A stretch of 64,000 nt of DNA from Eledone cirrhosa (lineage: Eukaryota), in contig OZ024745.1 of NCBI GenBank assembly GCA_964016885.1, positions 49,414,001-49,478,000 of the forward strand, given 5' to 3'. Below, piece by piece: positions 24,777-38,321 of the stretch; positions within the stretch are counted from its first letter, which is position 1, and each line of letters opens with the position of its first letter. The translations under genes and the position numbers were made by a program. The notes below the pieces were generated by a model. The model had not been told where the DNA came from, did not search any database, and saw only the letters and a list, made by a program, of their open reading frames with translations.

Positions 24777-26133
24777 TATATGCGTAGCTTCTTAAAAAAT
24801 TTTTCGGGGATAGCCGTGGTGGTGGTGATCGTATGTCATTGGCTAATTTTCAACCAATCAGAGTACCTCTCTCTATATCTCTTCCACTGTTACTTACGCC
24901 TGTTTCTCTCTATCTGTTCCGTCTCTATATATATCTCTTACTCTTTCGCTTTGCACTCCTCCCCTTCAATACCATCTCTCCCCCTCTCTATATATTTGTT
25001 ACTCTATCGCTGCACGCTCCTCTCCTTCAATATATCAATTACACACGCTTTACACTCCTTTATCCCCAGCGCCCCTATATATACACCCCCCCTCTCCCGC
25101 ATCTATATTTTAATGTACCGTTGCACCGTGAATATATGTGTCTATATATATATACATATATATTGTATATACACATTCATGTATGTGTATACACACTCAT
25201 GTATGTATATACACTGGTTTTATGTGTGTATTGTAAATTTGTACTGTTAAAACACGAAACTAACATTCGATTGACACTTTGATTACCTGTACAGGCAATA
25301 GTTATTAGAATGCTGTTGAAGTGTGTATATATTTTTGGGGGACATCCTGTATATACACACATTATATATAATACAATAAACAGATAAATACACACATATA
25401 TATATGAGCTTATTTAATTATAAATATTGTGAATTTTTAACTCAGTTCAATTATATATATAAATGGTTTCTACAGGACTAGAACTGTTTCATTCGAAAGA
25501 AATCATCATAATATTGAGAGGGGGGACTAGATAAAATATTTCAAATCAAATGTGTATAAGTTATAAGTTAAAATGTATAAATAGAGACGATAGTGGAGGT
25601 ATATCTGTTTAGTGGAACAGTAGACGATAGAATTAAATACAGACGATAATCTCCCTTTAATGAAACAGCAGACGATAGAATTAAGGCAATTTAAATTTTA
25701 AGCATTTGCATTTTTGCCTTTCATCGTTACGGGGTCGATAAAATAAAGTACCAGTAATACACTGTCACTAGACGACTTTCAAATTGAATTGTTGGTTCCA
25801 TTTCTTTAGTATTTTCAATTGTAGTTATCTACTTAAAAAGCGTTACACGGTTAGAGACATAATTCGTAAGTTATATCTTCCCTATTAAACCATTGCATTA
25901 TTTCGCCTACAATAGAACAAAAATGAAATGTTCTTTAAAGAAACAGGAATATAACTTTATAAAAAAAAAAGTTGCATCCGCTTCTTTTATCATTGATAAT
26001 TTTTTCGTTTTAATATTAATTGTTTTTTGTAGTTGTTTATATTAAAAATCTTACTGTAATATTTACTTAAACGAAGGCAAACATCTAAACTTATAGATTA
26101 ATCTTGAGCGAAGGACTAGATAAATCTCTCTCC

Positions 26134-26170
<37 letters not shown>

Positions 26171-27287
26171 AACGAAGAATGATAAAATTTCAAGCAAAGA
26201 GTTTAATTAGGTATATTTTGTAATATTATTAACTAATTATTATAATTAACGCGCATATTTTGCTATCCTCAAACACGTTTACACATGGCATGAAATATAA
26301 CTAATCCGAGATGGCTAGGTTTCATCTTCTAACTGGATATACGAAATCCATTATGTCTTGACAACAACATGAGGTAACATTATGTTATTCACAGACACAC
26401 TTTGTACACTGTTCCATATCAGAATGTATTTCCTTCGTCACATTCACAAACAGTATTGAAAATATGTTCTTCGGCAAATAAAAATGTTTTGTTCATAATA
26501 TTTCAACTAGCGATTGCTCTACTCCACGCACGACCACCATAAATTAATGACCAGCTCAACACAAGTATTGGTAGAGCGTCAGACACCATGCTTTGCAGTA
26601 TTGTTATGGTCCTTTGCATTCTAAGTTCAAATCCTGCCGAGGTTAACTTCGACTTTCATACTTACTAATTCGATAAAATAAAGTACCAGTAATGGACTGC
26701 CGTAATGGATTTGTGCCGAAAAATAGAAACACTATTAATGTGCAATAAGAGCAAAATATAACGACATTGCTCAATTATTTTATCTAATGTTGTAATAACA
26801 CAAGGAAATGTTGTTTGTGTATTTTTTTTTATATTTGCTCATAGGCTTTTACAATTTCGCTCAGCCAACAACTATTAAAAAGTGAGTTGCTTAAGATAAC
26901 AATTTAATCACAAATTGTTGCTATCTTTTAATACACTCCAACAAGTCATCAAATTATGTACAATAAAAACAAATCTTATTAATTTGCTCAGGGAATATAA
27001 AGAAAATGTATATACACTGATAATTGCAATTGTATGTAAATATTTTGTTTTTGTATTGTATATTTTATGTTTTCTATTATGTATAATATATTGATTTAAT
27101 ATTGATTGTTTTTTGTAGTTGTTTATATTAAAAGTCTGAAAATATTTTTATACATCTTACACTAATATTTATAAGATAATTTATAATAACAATTACATAA
27201 TCTAATTACATTACAACGATAATTTATTATTAATATATATCCTGTTTAACTAGAGTTATTACAAGCGTTGCCTTAAAAAAATATTAA

Positions 27288-28356
<1,069 letters not shown>

Positions 28357-28401
28357 ACTTCGAATAATAGTAACTGTTTTATAAGTTATTTATGTTTGTA
28401 T

Positions 28402-28440
<39 letters not shown>

Positions 28441-28886
28441 GCGTCACGAATCAGTTCAACTTTCGTAAACGCTGAGAACGGATCAACCTCTCTCGGGTAG
28501 AACGAGCCGCCCTCCACTCCCTCTGAACCGCGACTACATCGTCATCTAACTGGCGGACGAGGAGCGGAGCCGTAGTTGTGTCGGTACCGACCTCAAACTA
28601 TCTGATGTGGCGGACCGGCATTTTCTTTTTCAATGTGCCACGTACCGCTAATATTTCGTACTAATATTAATTTATACCGGAAACGATATATATAATGAAT
28701 ATAATAATAGTTGACCATTTTTTTTTTATCAAGAACACAACGCATCACTCGGTCCAGGAATTGAACTCACAACCACATGATTGCACGCCCCACGCTCTAA
28801 CCACTGTATATATATATATATATATAGCGTTCGGATTTAGCTGTCGAAACGGCCGGAACTCAGCCGTCGGGGGTCCTGACTCTTTT

Positions 28887-28953
<67 letters not shown>

Positions 28954-28961
<8 letters not shown>

Positions 28962-29414
28962 TAAAACATGTCTATAGAATCACTAGATAAAATATATACC
29001 GTTTCCTCTCCCAATAGCATAATTAACCATAATTAAATAATTAAATTTGAGCTAACTCCTCATGAATCCGAAGCTCTAGATGTCCCCTGTTATCGGATGT
29101 CTTAAAATACGGACGAAACCATGGTAGAGGTATTAAATATGTACACATTTCTTCCAAGTTTATTTTACACCTAATTATGTTTGGTTGACTGTATATCTGG
29201 TCGATTTATACATGCTGTCGAAATGTTCGATAAATACTCCGTCGTAACCGCCGCGAAGGGGCTGCGTTCGGTTATTTGTTGGAGATTTCTTCATAGGAGC
29301 CTTTATTCTTATGGCTTGGTCTAATTGATTTTTTATATGGTTAATTATGCTAATTGGGAGAGGAAACGGTATATATTTTATCTAGTGATTCTATAGACAT
29401 GTTTTATGATATAT
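28954..29414. mobile_element. ~78-bp inverted repeats enclosing a hammerhead-like motif (probable Penelope-like remnant)
   Basis: 28954-29031 mirrors 29336-29414. Inside, 29056-29129 reads CTC-CTCATGA-A-TCCG...CGGA-C-GAAA-C-CATG-GTA-GAG. Confidence 0.7.
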
Positions 29415-29609
29415 AGCTCTGATTATTTAATTTATTAATTCTTCATTGAGCCACAACGTGACCCGTTGCAAAACACATATATATCTATGACTTTATATAT
29501 ATGTAAACCTTTATATATATATATATATATATATAGTAATAATAATAAATGAGAAGATTAAAATCTAAAGAGCAGCGATTCTTTGCTTAAACTTTAATCT
29601 GTTATTTTA

Positions 29610-29707
<98 letters not shown>

Positions 29708-29887
29708 ATGTATGTATAAGAAGCATTGGAAAGTTTGAAATTTGAAGTGTGTGCGTCATTCACTATAAATAATAGTTGAGGAAATCGACTAAAGAGCACT
29801 TGGAAACGGAAAAGAAGGAACGGTGACGCCTGTGAGGAATCGAAACCTTATATATATATAGTGTGTGTGTGTAAGCACACACACACA

Positions 29888-29931
<44 letters not shown>

Positions 29932-30974
29932 TGTGTGTGTGTGTGTGCGTGCGTGCGTGTGTGTGTGTGTAAGTAAATTGGCCGATTACTAATTAATCTG
30001 TCGCCAATTAAATATAATGTAATTATGTATTGTGATATGAAATGCGTATTGTAATTAATTGGTCACTAGGAGAGCAATTTAAAATGAAGGCAAAAGTCGA
30101 TTAAATCGACCCAGTGCATTGCTGGTACTTAATTATATCATCTCTGTAAGGATAAAAGGCAAAGCTAACCTCAGCGAGATGTGAACTGAGAACGTAAATG
30201 ACTATAACTATAAACTAATGCGTCTTATAATTAATAGTTTATGATTTAGGTACAAGACCAACAGTTTGGAGGGTGGAGAAAGCCGATTAATTAGAGCCTT
30301 GTGTTACTGGTACTTTATTACATTGACCCTGTAAGGGTGAAAGACAAAGTTAACCTCAGAGAGATTTGAACTGAAAACGTAAAGGGTTGTAAATATATGC
30401 AAATTCATATTATAATTAATTGTTTCTAGCCAGAGATTACCCAGTCCATTACTGGTACTTTATTTTATCGATCCCGTAAGGCAAGGAGAAGTAATATATT
30501 ATAATATTTCTGAATTCATCACAATTATGGAGCTACTATTTGAGAGCACATAACAAAATCTCTTCGGAGATTGTTTGTTTAAGTTAAGATATCAGGAATA
30601 ATTATTAGTGGAAAGTTTTAGAATACTTTTAAATAAACATGTAATCGGAATTTTTATATCTTTTAAATTATTTTTTATAAGACCAATTAAACGCTTATAC
30701 TCTCGGGTAGGTAAGAGAGGGTTTCTTCTACGTTGACGCCTTTTAACCTACAGGGTGTTATGCCGCTTGGGTAGTCCCAAGCAATTTCCAGTTGTGTAAA
30801 TCAGCGTTGTATTACATTGTGTATCGTAGGAAATGGTTCTGGTATATTTCTGCATGTTGAATTTATCTGTCACCCATGGCTTTCTTGATCCAGCATACGT
30901 GCCTATCAATAATAATAATAATAATTTCTTTTATTTGCCCCAAGGGTGAATAAACAATAATGGCCAGTTATCAA

Positions 30975-31023
30975 AACCGATTAATCCGCAAAATGGTTGA
31001 TACCGATTAATCGGTGCAACCCT
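30975..31023. mobile_element. Solo hAT-like terminal fragment
   Basis: Repeated CCGATTAAT(C)CG motif, ending TGCAACCCTA (reverse complement TAGGGTTGCACCGATTAATCGG). No partner end was found. Confidence 0.4.
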
Positions 31024-31276
31024 AATATATATACGTGTATGTGTGTTGTGTCACGTCGGTATTTACATTGCAGTTTGTTTATATGTCTCGTAACTTTGTG
31101 GCTCGACAAATAGAGATCGATAAAATGCGCAGTAGACTTTAAAAATAAGTAATGATCAATTAAAACCCTTCCAAGGCATTTCCCCAGCATGACTCCAGTC
31201 CAATAAATGAAACCAGTAAAAGATCAAAAGAAAAGAATATATCCATAAATGTACATAGAGACTTATATATATGTGT

Positions 31277-31325
<49 letters not shown>

Positions 31326-31821
31326 CATATTTTTCATTTTATGTGAGACCATCCGTACTGCCTGGTATTCATTAGAAGTAGGGCAAATTATAAAGTTATT
31401 GTAGGGGAATGTTCTGTCTTTAATATTTTCTGTTCACCCCGTTGTCTGTAACTTGAGATGTACTTGACAGAACTATCCCTTTCACAAAATGATTTTACAG
31501 TGATTTTATGAAACAACCATCGTCTCTGGTTCCATTTTATGTTTCAAGCATCTGGAGCATGATGAAAATTAAGAGCACACACGAAAGGAAAAGCCAAAAG
31601 AAATAATAGCAAAATATCATCACACTCCTTTAAAGGTATGAAACAACACCATAAGCTATCAAATTATATAACAGACCAAAGAGAGAACCCCTACGTAGTC
31701 ACTTGGCCTGTTAGAAATAGCAACCAATTCTTTGTCATCTCACATCTAGTTGTAGATATACAATGACAGAGAAAATTATGAAATAGTCATGTTTAGAATA
31801 CTTGGATTTAAATAAGAACGT

Positions 31822-32150
31822 CTTCTTCTTCGTCGTCCAGTTATTCTTAAACGGTCGTGTGGGCTTAGTACCCAGACACACCTTCCAGGAGATCCTATCA
31901 AAAGCAAGCGTCCACAGATGATCCGGTTGGATCTCCAGGTGGGACCACTCGAGCTTATAGGCGTATTTCCTACAATCTTGCTCGTAGTTTACCCTTAGGT
32001 CACTTACCGATTCGCTTTGCCCGTAAAATCTACGATTATTTCCTTAGTCATAATAACCACATGTCCGTAGTACCGGAGTTGTGATCTTTCGATTTGGAGA
32101 AGAGGCGCGTATGTTTGGAGCAATTCCCTGATCTCTCATCTCCGCACCTC
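31822..32150 (-). mobile_element. Decayed RTE-clade LINE 3' fragment
   Basis: Minus strand reads LLQIERSQLRYYGHV...GK*PKGK with stops, and ends in a short (GAA)n tail. Confidence 0.75.
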
Positions 32151-32658
32151 ATCAGTTAAGCAAATAAAAATGTTCAACGATACACTGAATACATAATTGA
32201 TTTATATTAAAAGTAATTTATGTTAGTTCGAGTAATAAATTAAAATTCTCACTTAACCAATACACAAAACAATACCACCAAAAAGAGAAAATCTTTATTC
32301 AGCAAATATCAAGTTATATAACGTTTGTAATAAGAAAAAAATAATCATGAAAGGGAAGGAAAGGGGTGGGATCAGCAGACTCTACACCCCACTCTGGACA
32401 GTATATCTTAGCTGCACCTTGTAAACAAGATGACAAAGCATTGTCACGGAGAACTAACTGCCAGTAATATCCGCTGCATCAGCCACTCAACCTCACAAGT
32501 TTCATTGCTCAAGCTGGATGTAGGCCTCCCAACTTTGGGAAGGAAAACGGCAGTTCAGAGCCTAAAGATACAAAAGGTCTCGATGACGACATGTACGAAA
32601 AGAAAGCAGTCGGTCACATCCTCGTATTAGCAGACCTGTCAACTATCCCAGTCTGGGT

Positions 32659-32875
32659 CTAGGGTGCGGAGGTAATGGGTCTGCGCCCCGCGGACAGGAC
32701 CGCAAAAGCATTCCCACGGTCAATGGCCAGCGACACCCGCTGCAACAGCCACCCCACCTCGAGGGGCTCCTTCCTCAGGCGGGCCGCTGATATTCTGATC
32801 TTGCGGAGGAGCTCAGCAGTACAAGGTCCAAGTATATATGAGGTCTCGACAATGACCGGTGCAAATTTGTACTTT
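32659..32875 (-). mobile_element. C-terminal fragment of a CRE-like RLE non-LTR retrotransposon
   Basis: Manual translation: KYKFAPVIVETSYILGPCTAELLRKI...WLLQRVSLAIDRGNAFAVLSAG...*. This fits the FxPxxVETxG...QRxSxAIQRGNA signature of CRE-type C-termini. GC-rich island, absent from the ORF track. Confidence 0.75.
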
Positions 32876-33664
32876 CATAAAAAAACAATGTGTTTGTTGT
32901 TGGAAATCGGAGCAATTAAGACTGAACTAGATTATAATCTAGCTAGTTAATGATTATGACATTTCACTTTTCCCTGAAACACATAATTGCTAACATTCTA
33001 ATAAATGAATGAATAAATAAAGAAATAAAATAAAAAGTTTCCCAGAATTAATGTTAATAGTTGTTCTTCATAATCAATGGGTTTTTTTAAAAATATTTTT
33101 TGTTTTGTTTTTGGCTCTATTTTTCTTTCAGTAGAAATATATCTATAAATCATTGTAACAGACAGCCGACTAGCTTCGTTAAGGTTGGCTGAACTAAATA
33201 AACAATCAAGATATCTTCACCTCCTGCCAACAATCATTTGTTTAGAAAGAAGCACCCTTTATTCTTCTGCCAGACATGTAGACGTGTCTGTTACATAATA
33301 CTTATTTGTTAGACAAAGCTTTCGCTCATACCTTACCATTGGAACAAAGTAAGAAGTCCCATGATTAAATACGTACCGGATCACAAACCATTATCATCAT
33401 TATATACCATTAAACATTATTTCTCTGTATGCAACGGATACAAGTAATACTCGCCTGATGCATTTGCAGCATGTTATAACATTCGTTTTTCTTGTATATA
33501 ATAGTGTTTCTGTTTCTTTTATTCTGCCTGCACCCTATTTATTGTATAAGGTTCTCACTGATCAGATTTCTTCACCATATTTGGCTTTAGATAATTCATT
33601 TCGACTGTGATCCTTTAACGACTCTTCCTGCTCAAATATAACAAAAGCTACATTTACTATTAGT

Positions 33665-33829
33665 CAGACCTGTCAACTCTCCGGGGAGATTTCCCACCCA
33701 CTTTGAGGTGGGTAAGAGATATCTTCTTTTGTGAAAATGGGTATAGCTTTCATTATGTAAAATCTCCCCGTTTTGGGGCACTTTTTTCATGATACTCCGC
33801 CTTTCGGTTTTTAGAGGATGGCAGGTCTG
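33665..33829. mobile_element. MITE with CAGACCTG(T/C)CA TIRs and 6-bp TSD
   Basis: ATTAGT|CAGACCTGTCA...TGGCAGGTCTG|ATTAGT. Second copy at 9210-9385. Confidence 0.88.
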
Positions 33830-33923
33830 ATTAGTATATATTCTTTTATTCTTATATTAATTATTTTACTGCTTTTAATAATAATTAGACGGCAGCTTGA
33901 TTTAATCGATCATATCGAACCCA

Positions 33924-34021
<98 letters not shown>

Positions 34022-34113
34022 AAACGGAACCTGAACCGTTAAGGTCTGATTCCTGGTTATGTCGCTATTTATGAAACAAATTTTGTATTTTATCTGATGA
34101 GGGCGTACCAAAG

Positions 34114-34648
<535 letters not shown>

Positions 34649-34659
34649 TTTATATATAT

Positions 34660-34691
<32 letters not shown>

Positions 34692-34730
34692 TTATGTAAG
34701 AATATTTTCGAAACAGCGAGTAGGTTTGAA

Positions 34731-34927
34731 ATTATTAGAAATGTAAGCTATCGCCGGATTTTGACTAAAGAAATTAAAGAAATTATTTAGCCTGATAGTG
34801 GGGTTAAGAACCCTCGGAGAAATGGAAAAAGATGAGTATTGGCGTACATGTACGTCAATACTCATCTTTTTCCATTTAATTTAATTTCTTTAGTCAAAAT
34901 ACGGCGATAGCTTACATTTCTAATAAT
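34731..34927. repeat. Nested palindrome (outer ~47-bp arms, inner loopless 58-bp palindrome)
   Basis: Outer arms ATTATTAGAAATGTAAGCTATCGCCG... and ...CGGCGATAGCTTACATTTCTAATAAT. Inner palindrome 34820-34877 is centred on GTACATGTAC. Confidence 0.92.
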
Positions 34928-34930
34928 ATA

Positions 34931-34981
<51 letters not shown>

Positions 34982-35204
34982 TATATATATTTATATGTTT
35001 ATATATATTTATATATTCATATATATATATTATATATATATATTTATATATTTATATATATTTATATATTCATATATATATATATATATTCATATATATA
35101 TATATATATTCATATATATATATATATATTCATATATATATATATATATATTCATATATATATATTTATATATTCATATACATATATATATAAGTATGTA
35201 TACG

Positions 35205-35276
<72 letters not shown>

Positions 35277-35290
35277 TGCACACATATATA

Positions 35291-35822
35291 TATGGATTCA
35301 CCGAACATTTATTATAATGCACGGTGTGTTTGTAAACAAACATCCCGAATTAAGCCGTACAGTGTCTAGCAACCATCGTTGCTCATTTGTTCAACACTGA
35401 CAAAGGAACGCTGTACTAGTTTCAAGCTTATTAGCTATCGTCAGCAACGTATACCTTCCTGCCAGATGGTTGAACGTCTGAAAGTATTTACTTTCCTTAT
35501 GCATATTAACGGCTGAGCAGCCTAATTTGCATATCGAGTGAGTTAATCGGCCGGGGTACCGAAAACGATAAACGGAAAAAATGAAACGAAATTTCATTTC
35601 TCACTCTTAGTACGGCTGTTACTTAAATATAAGTATGTATACGTACATACATATATGTATACAGACGTACAGTAGTATATATATATATATATACATACAT
35701 GCACATATATATATATGCACGTATGGATTCACCGAACATTTATTATAATGCTCGGTGTGTTTGTAAACAAACATCCCGAATTAAGCCGTACAGTATCTAG
35801 CAACCATCGTTGCTCATTTGTT
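35291..35822. repeat. ~100-bp direct repeat (35291-35391 and 35722-35822), plus shared upstream microsatellite
   Basis: TATGGATTCACCGAACATTTATTATAATGC...CAACCATCGTTGCTCATTTGTT occurs twice with about 2 differences. Confidence 0.92.
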
Positions 35823-35886
35823 ATGACTGATATATGAGATGCATTGCGAGTATGTATCTGTGTGTGTATAAATTTTAAAGAGTTGC

Positions 35887-35919
<33 letters not shown>

Positions 35920-37155
35920 TGTGTGTATGTATGTATGTATGTATGTATGTGGGGGGGGGGGAGTTACCAGTTGGACTAGTAAGACTATATTCAGCTATGT
36001 CGAATGCTTGGGAAAGTGATCATCCTATTTATTGTCGGCCATACCCTTGTGAATTAGGGCTCAAATTATGGTACGTCTATTGAAAAGAAAATACATAGAA
36101 GCTTCCTTGTTATGTCGAAATCATTGTATGACTTGACTAAAGCTGATTTGAAGCAGGTTGTGTCCATGGACATATTTTGATAGTACTCCATTCATATATT
36201 TTTATCTCATGTTATTCATACTCATGTGAAAAGCGAAAACGTCACAAATGCTATCGCTTGACTATATATAAAAAAGTGTAATACGATTCCAAATTAAAAT
36301 GGTGTATTCATTCATATATTCATGCTATTAGACTAAGTCGCTCTACTAAAATATGCTTAAAATTATGTATGAGTGCAGCAGGTAAATTCGAGTATCTTGT
36401 AGACGTTCTAAAACAGCGTTAACATCAGCAAGAACATTGTCTTATATTTATCTATAAAAAAAAAACTTTCCGCGATCTTAGTTTGTAGTCAGAATTCATG
36501 TATTAGAGACAGAGAGTTTCTTGTCCTCTGGACGACAAGGCTATTTATTTATAGATATCTGTATATCTGTATAGCAGATGTTGGGATTAGATATTTTCAA
36601 TGGTTCATTATTTTCAAAATATGAAGCAGAGTTCTGATTTTATGAACCAAAATCCAATAGTGAATTTCAAGAATTTAAAAACTAAAAGTAAAAATGAAAG
36701 CTAACTAAATAAAAATGTAATGTAATCTAAGTACTGTTTATCAAGTTATTGTTAGAAATTAAAGAAAAAGGTGAAACCTATCCCGTATACTGTTACTATA
36801 TATAGCAATCAATGTTTTAAACTAAAATATCTAACACCGCTTCCGTTAGTCTAAATGATAACGAATTTGGTTTGGTACAACACAGACGGTCTCTGTTTTT
36901 TTTTCTGTTTTTTATGTTTTCATTTGATGCTTATTGTTTTTGTTGTTGTGCAGTTTGTTACAGCTCTTTGTATTCGATAAAGTGAACTAACAATTGAACC
37001 CTCTCTCTGCCTTAAGTGGAAGTGGGGCAGCACAAACAGCAGTAACTTCCTAAATTACGACGTGGTAATGTATGTAGTGTTCTTTGTCTACTATACTTTA
37101 ATTGATGGCTGTTTACAGTCCTGTTGATGTAAAAGGTAATTTCTCTTTTACACAC

Positions 37156-37215
<60 letters not shown>

Positions 37216-37365
37216 ATATATACAGTGACACCCAAACGAGCATAGGCATGCAAATATACGCAAATAAATATTTACGCGTATATACACATACATAGATAAG
37301 TATATATGTGTGGATGTGCATGTGTAGATATATTTATGCACATTATATATATATGTATATATATA

Positions 37366-37419
<54 letters not shown>

Positions 37420-37875
37420 ATGTACACGTATATCTATATGTACACATATATCTATATATGTGTGTGTGTGCAAAGATCATGCCTTTTCTGTCTGTTCGCT
37501 TAAGTGATATAGGGAAGAGAAAAGATGTTTATGAACTTTGGATATAAATAGATAAGCAGAAAGGGTCTGTCTAATTTAAAGATCAAATCATCTGTCCGCC
37601 TCCACTCAGTGCACCATTAAGGAGATACAGATACGAACAACTTTGTCTAGATGTGTTGTTATATATAGATTTATTTCAATGTATTACTACTGATGTGACG
37701 TAATTAGGTTTTCATAGATAATGAAAGCTTTTTTTTTTTTTTTTTTTCAAAATTATATTTACTAGCACTTAACCCATTGTTTTACGGACAGAATAAGTAA
37801 TAAGTAATATTAGGTTTCTCCTCCAAAGTTTTAACAAATATATTGTTGTGGATTATAATATATATATATGTATAA

Positions 37876-37906
<31 letters not shown>

Positions 37907-38321
37907 AAAGAGGGAGAGAGATATAGTATGTGTTGTGTGGGTGTAAGAGAGGGAGGGAGATATAGAGTATGTGTATGTTTCTGTGTGTGTGTTAAACTGT
38001 GCACTAAGCAGCTGAAAGATACTATAAATCCATATCACTAAACAAACACTACAGGCTTTAATAGAAGCTACGAGAAATTTATAAATGTAAACATGTCTTA
38101 TGTATTTCTCCTACAACTCTAAAAACATGAACAGCTTGGCCCGTTTCGATCTTGGTTGAGACCATCATCAGCCTTCTATTTATCTACAACATCTACACGC
38201 CACGTAACTAAAGGCTTTCCATACGCATGCAATGTAGCCTAAACCGACAACTGGATCTGTTAATTTGCATACCTTTAGTGCTTATGGTGGTAGTTATTTC
38301 AGTTACATGTTTAGATTTCAA

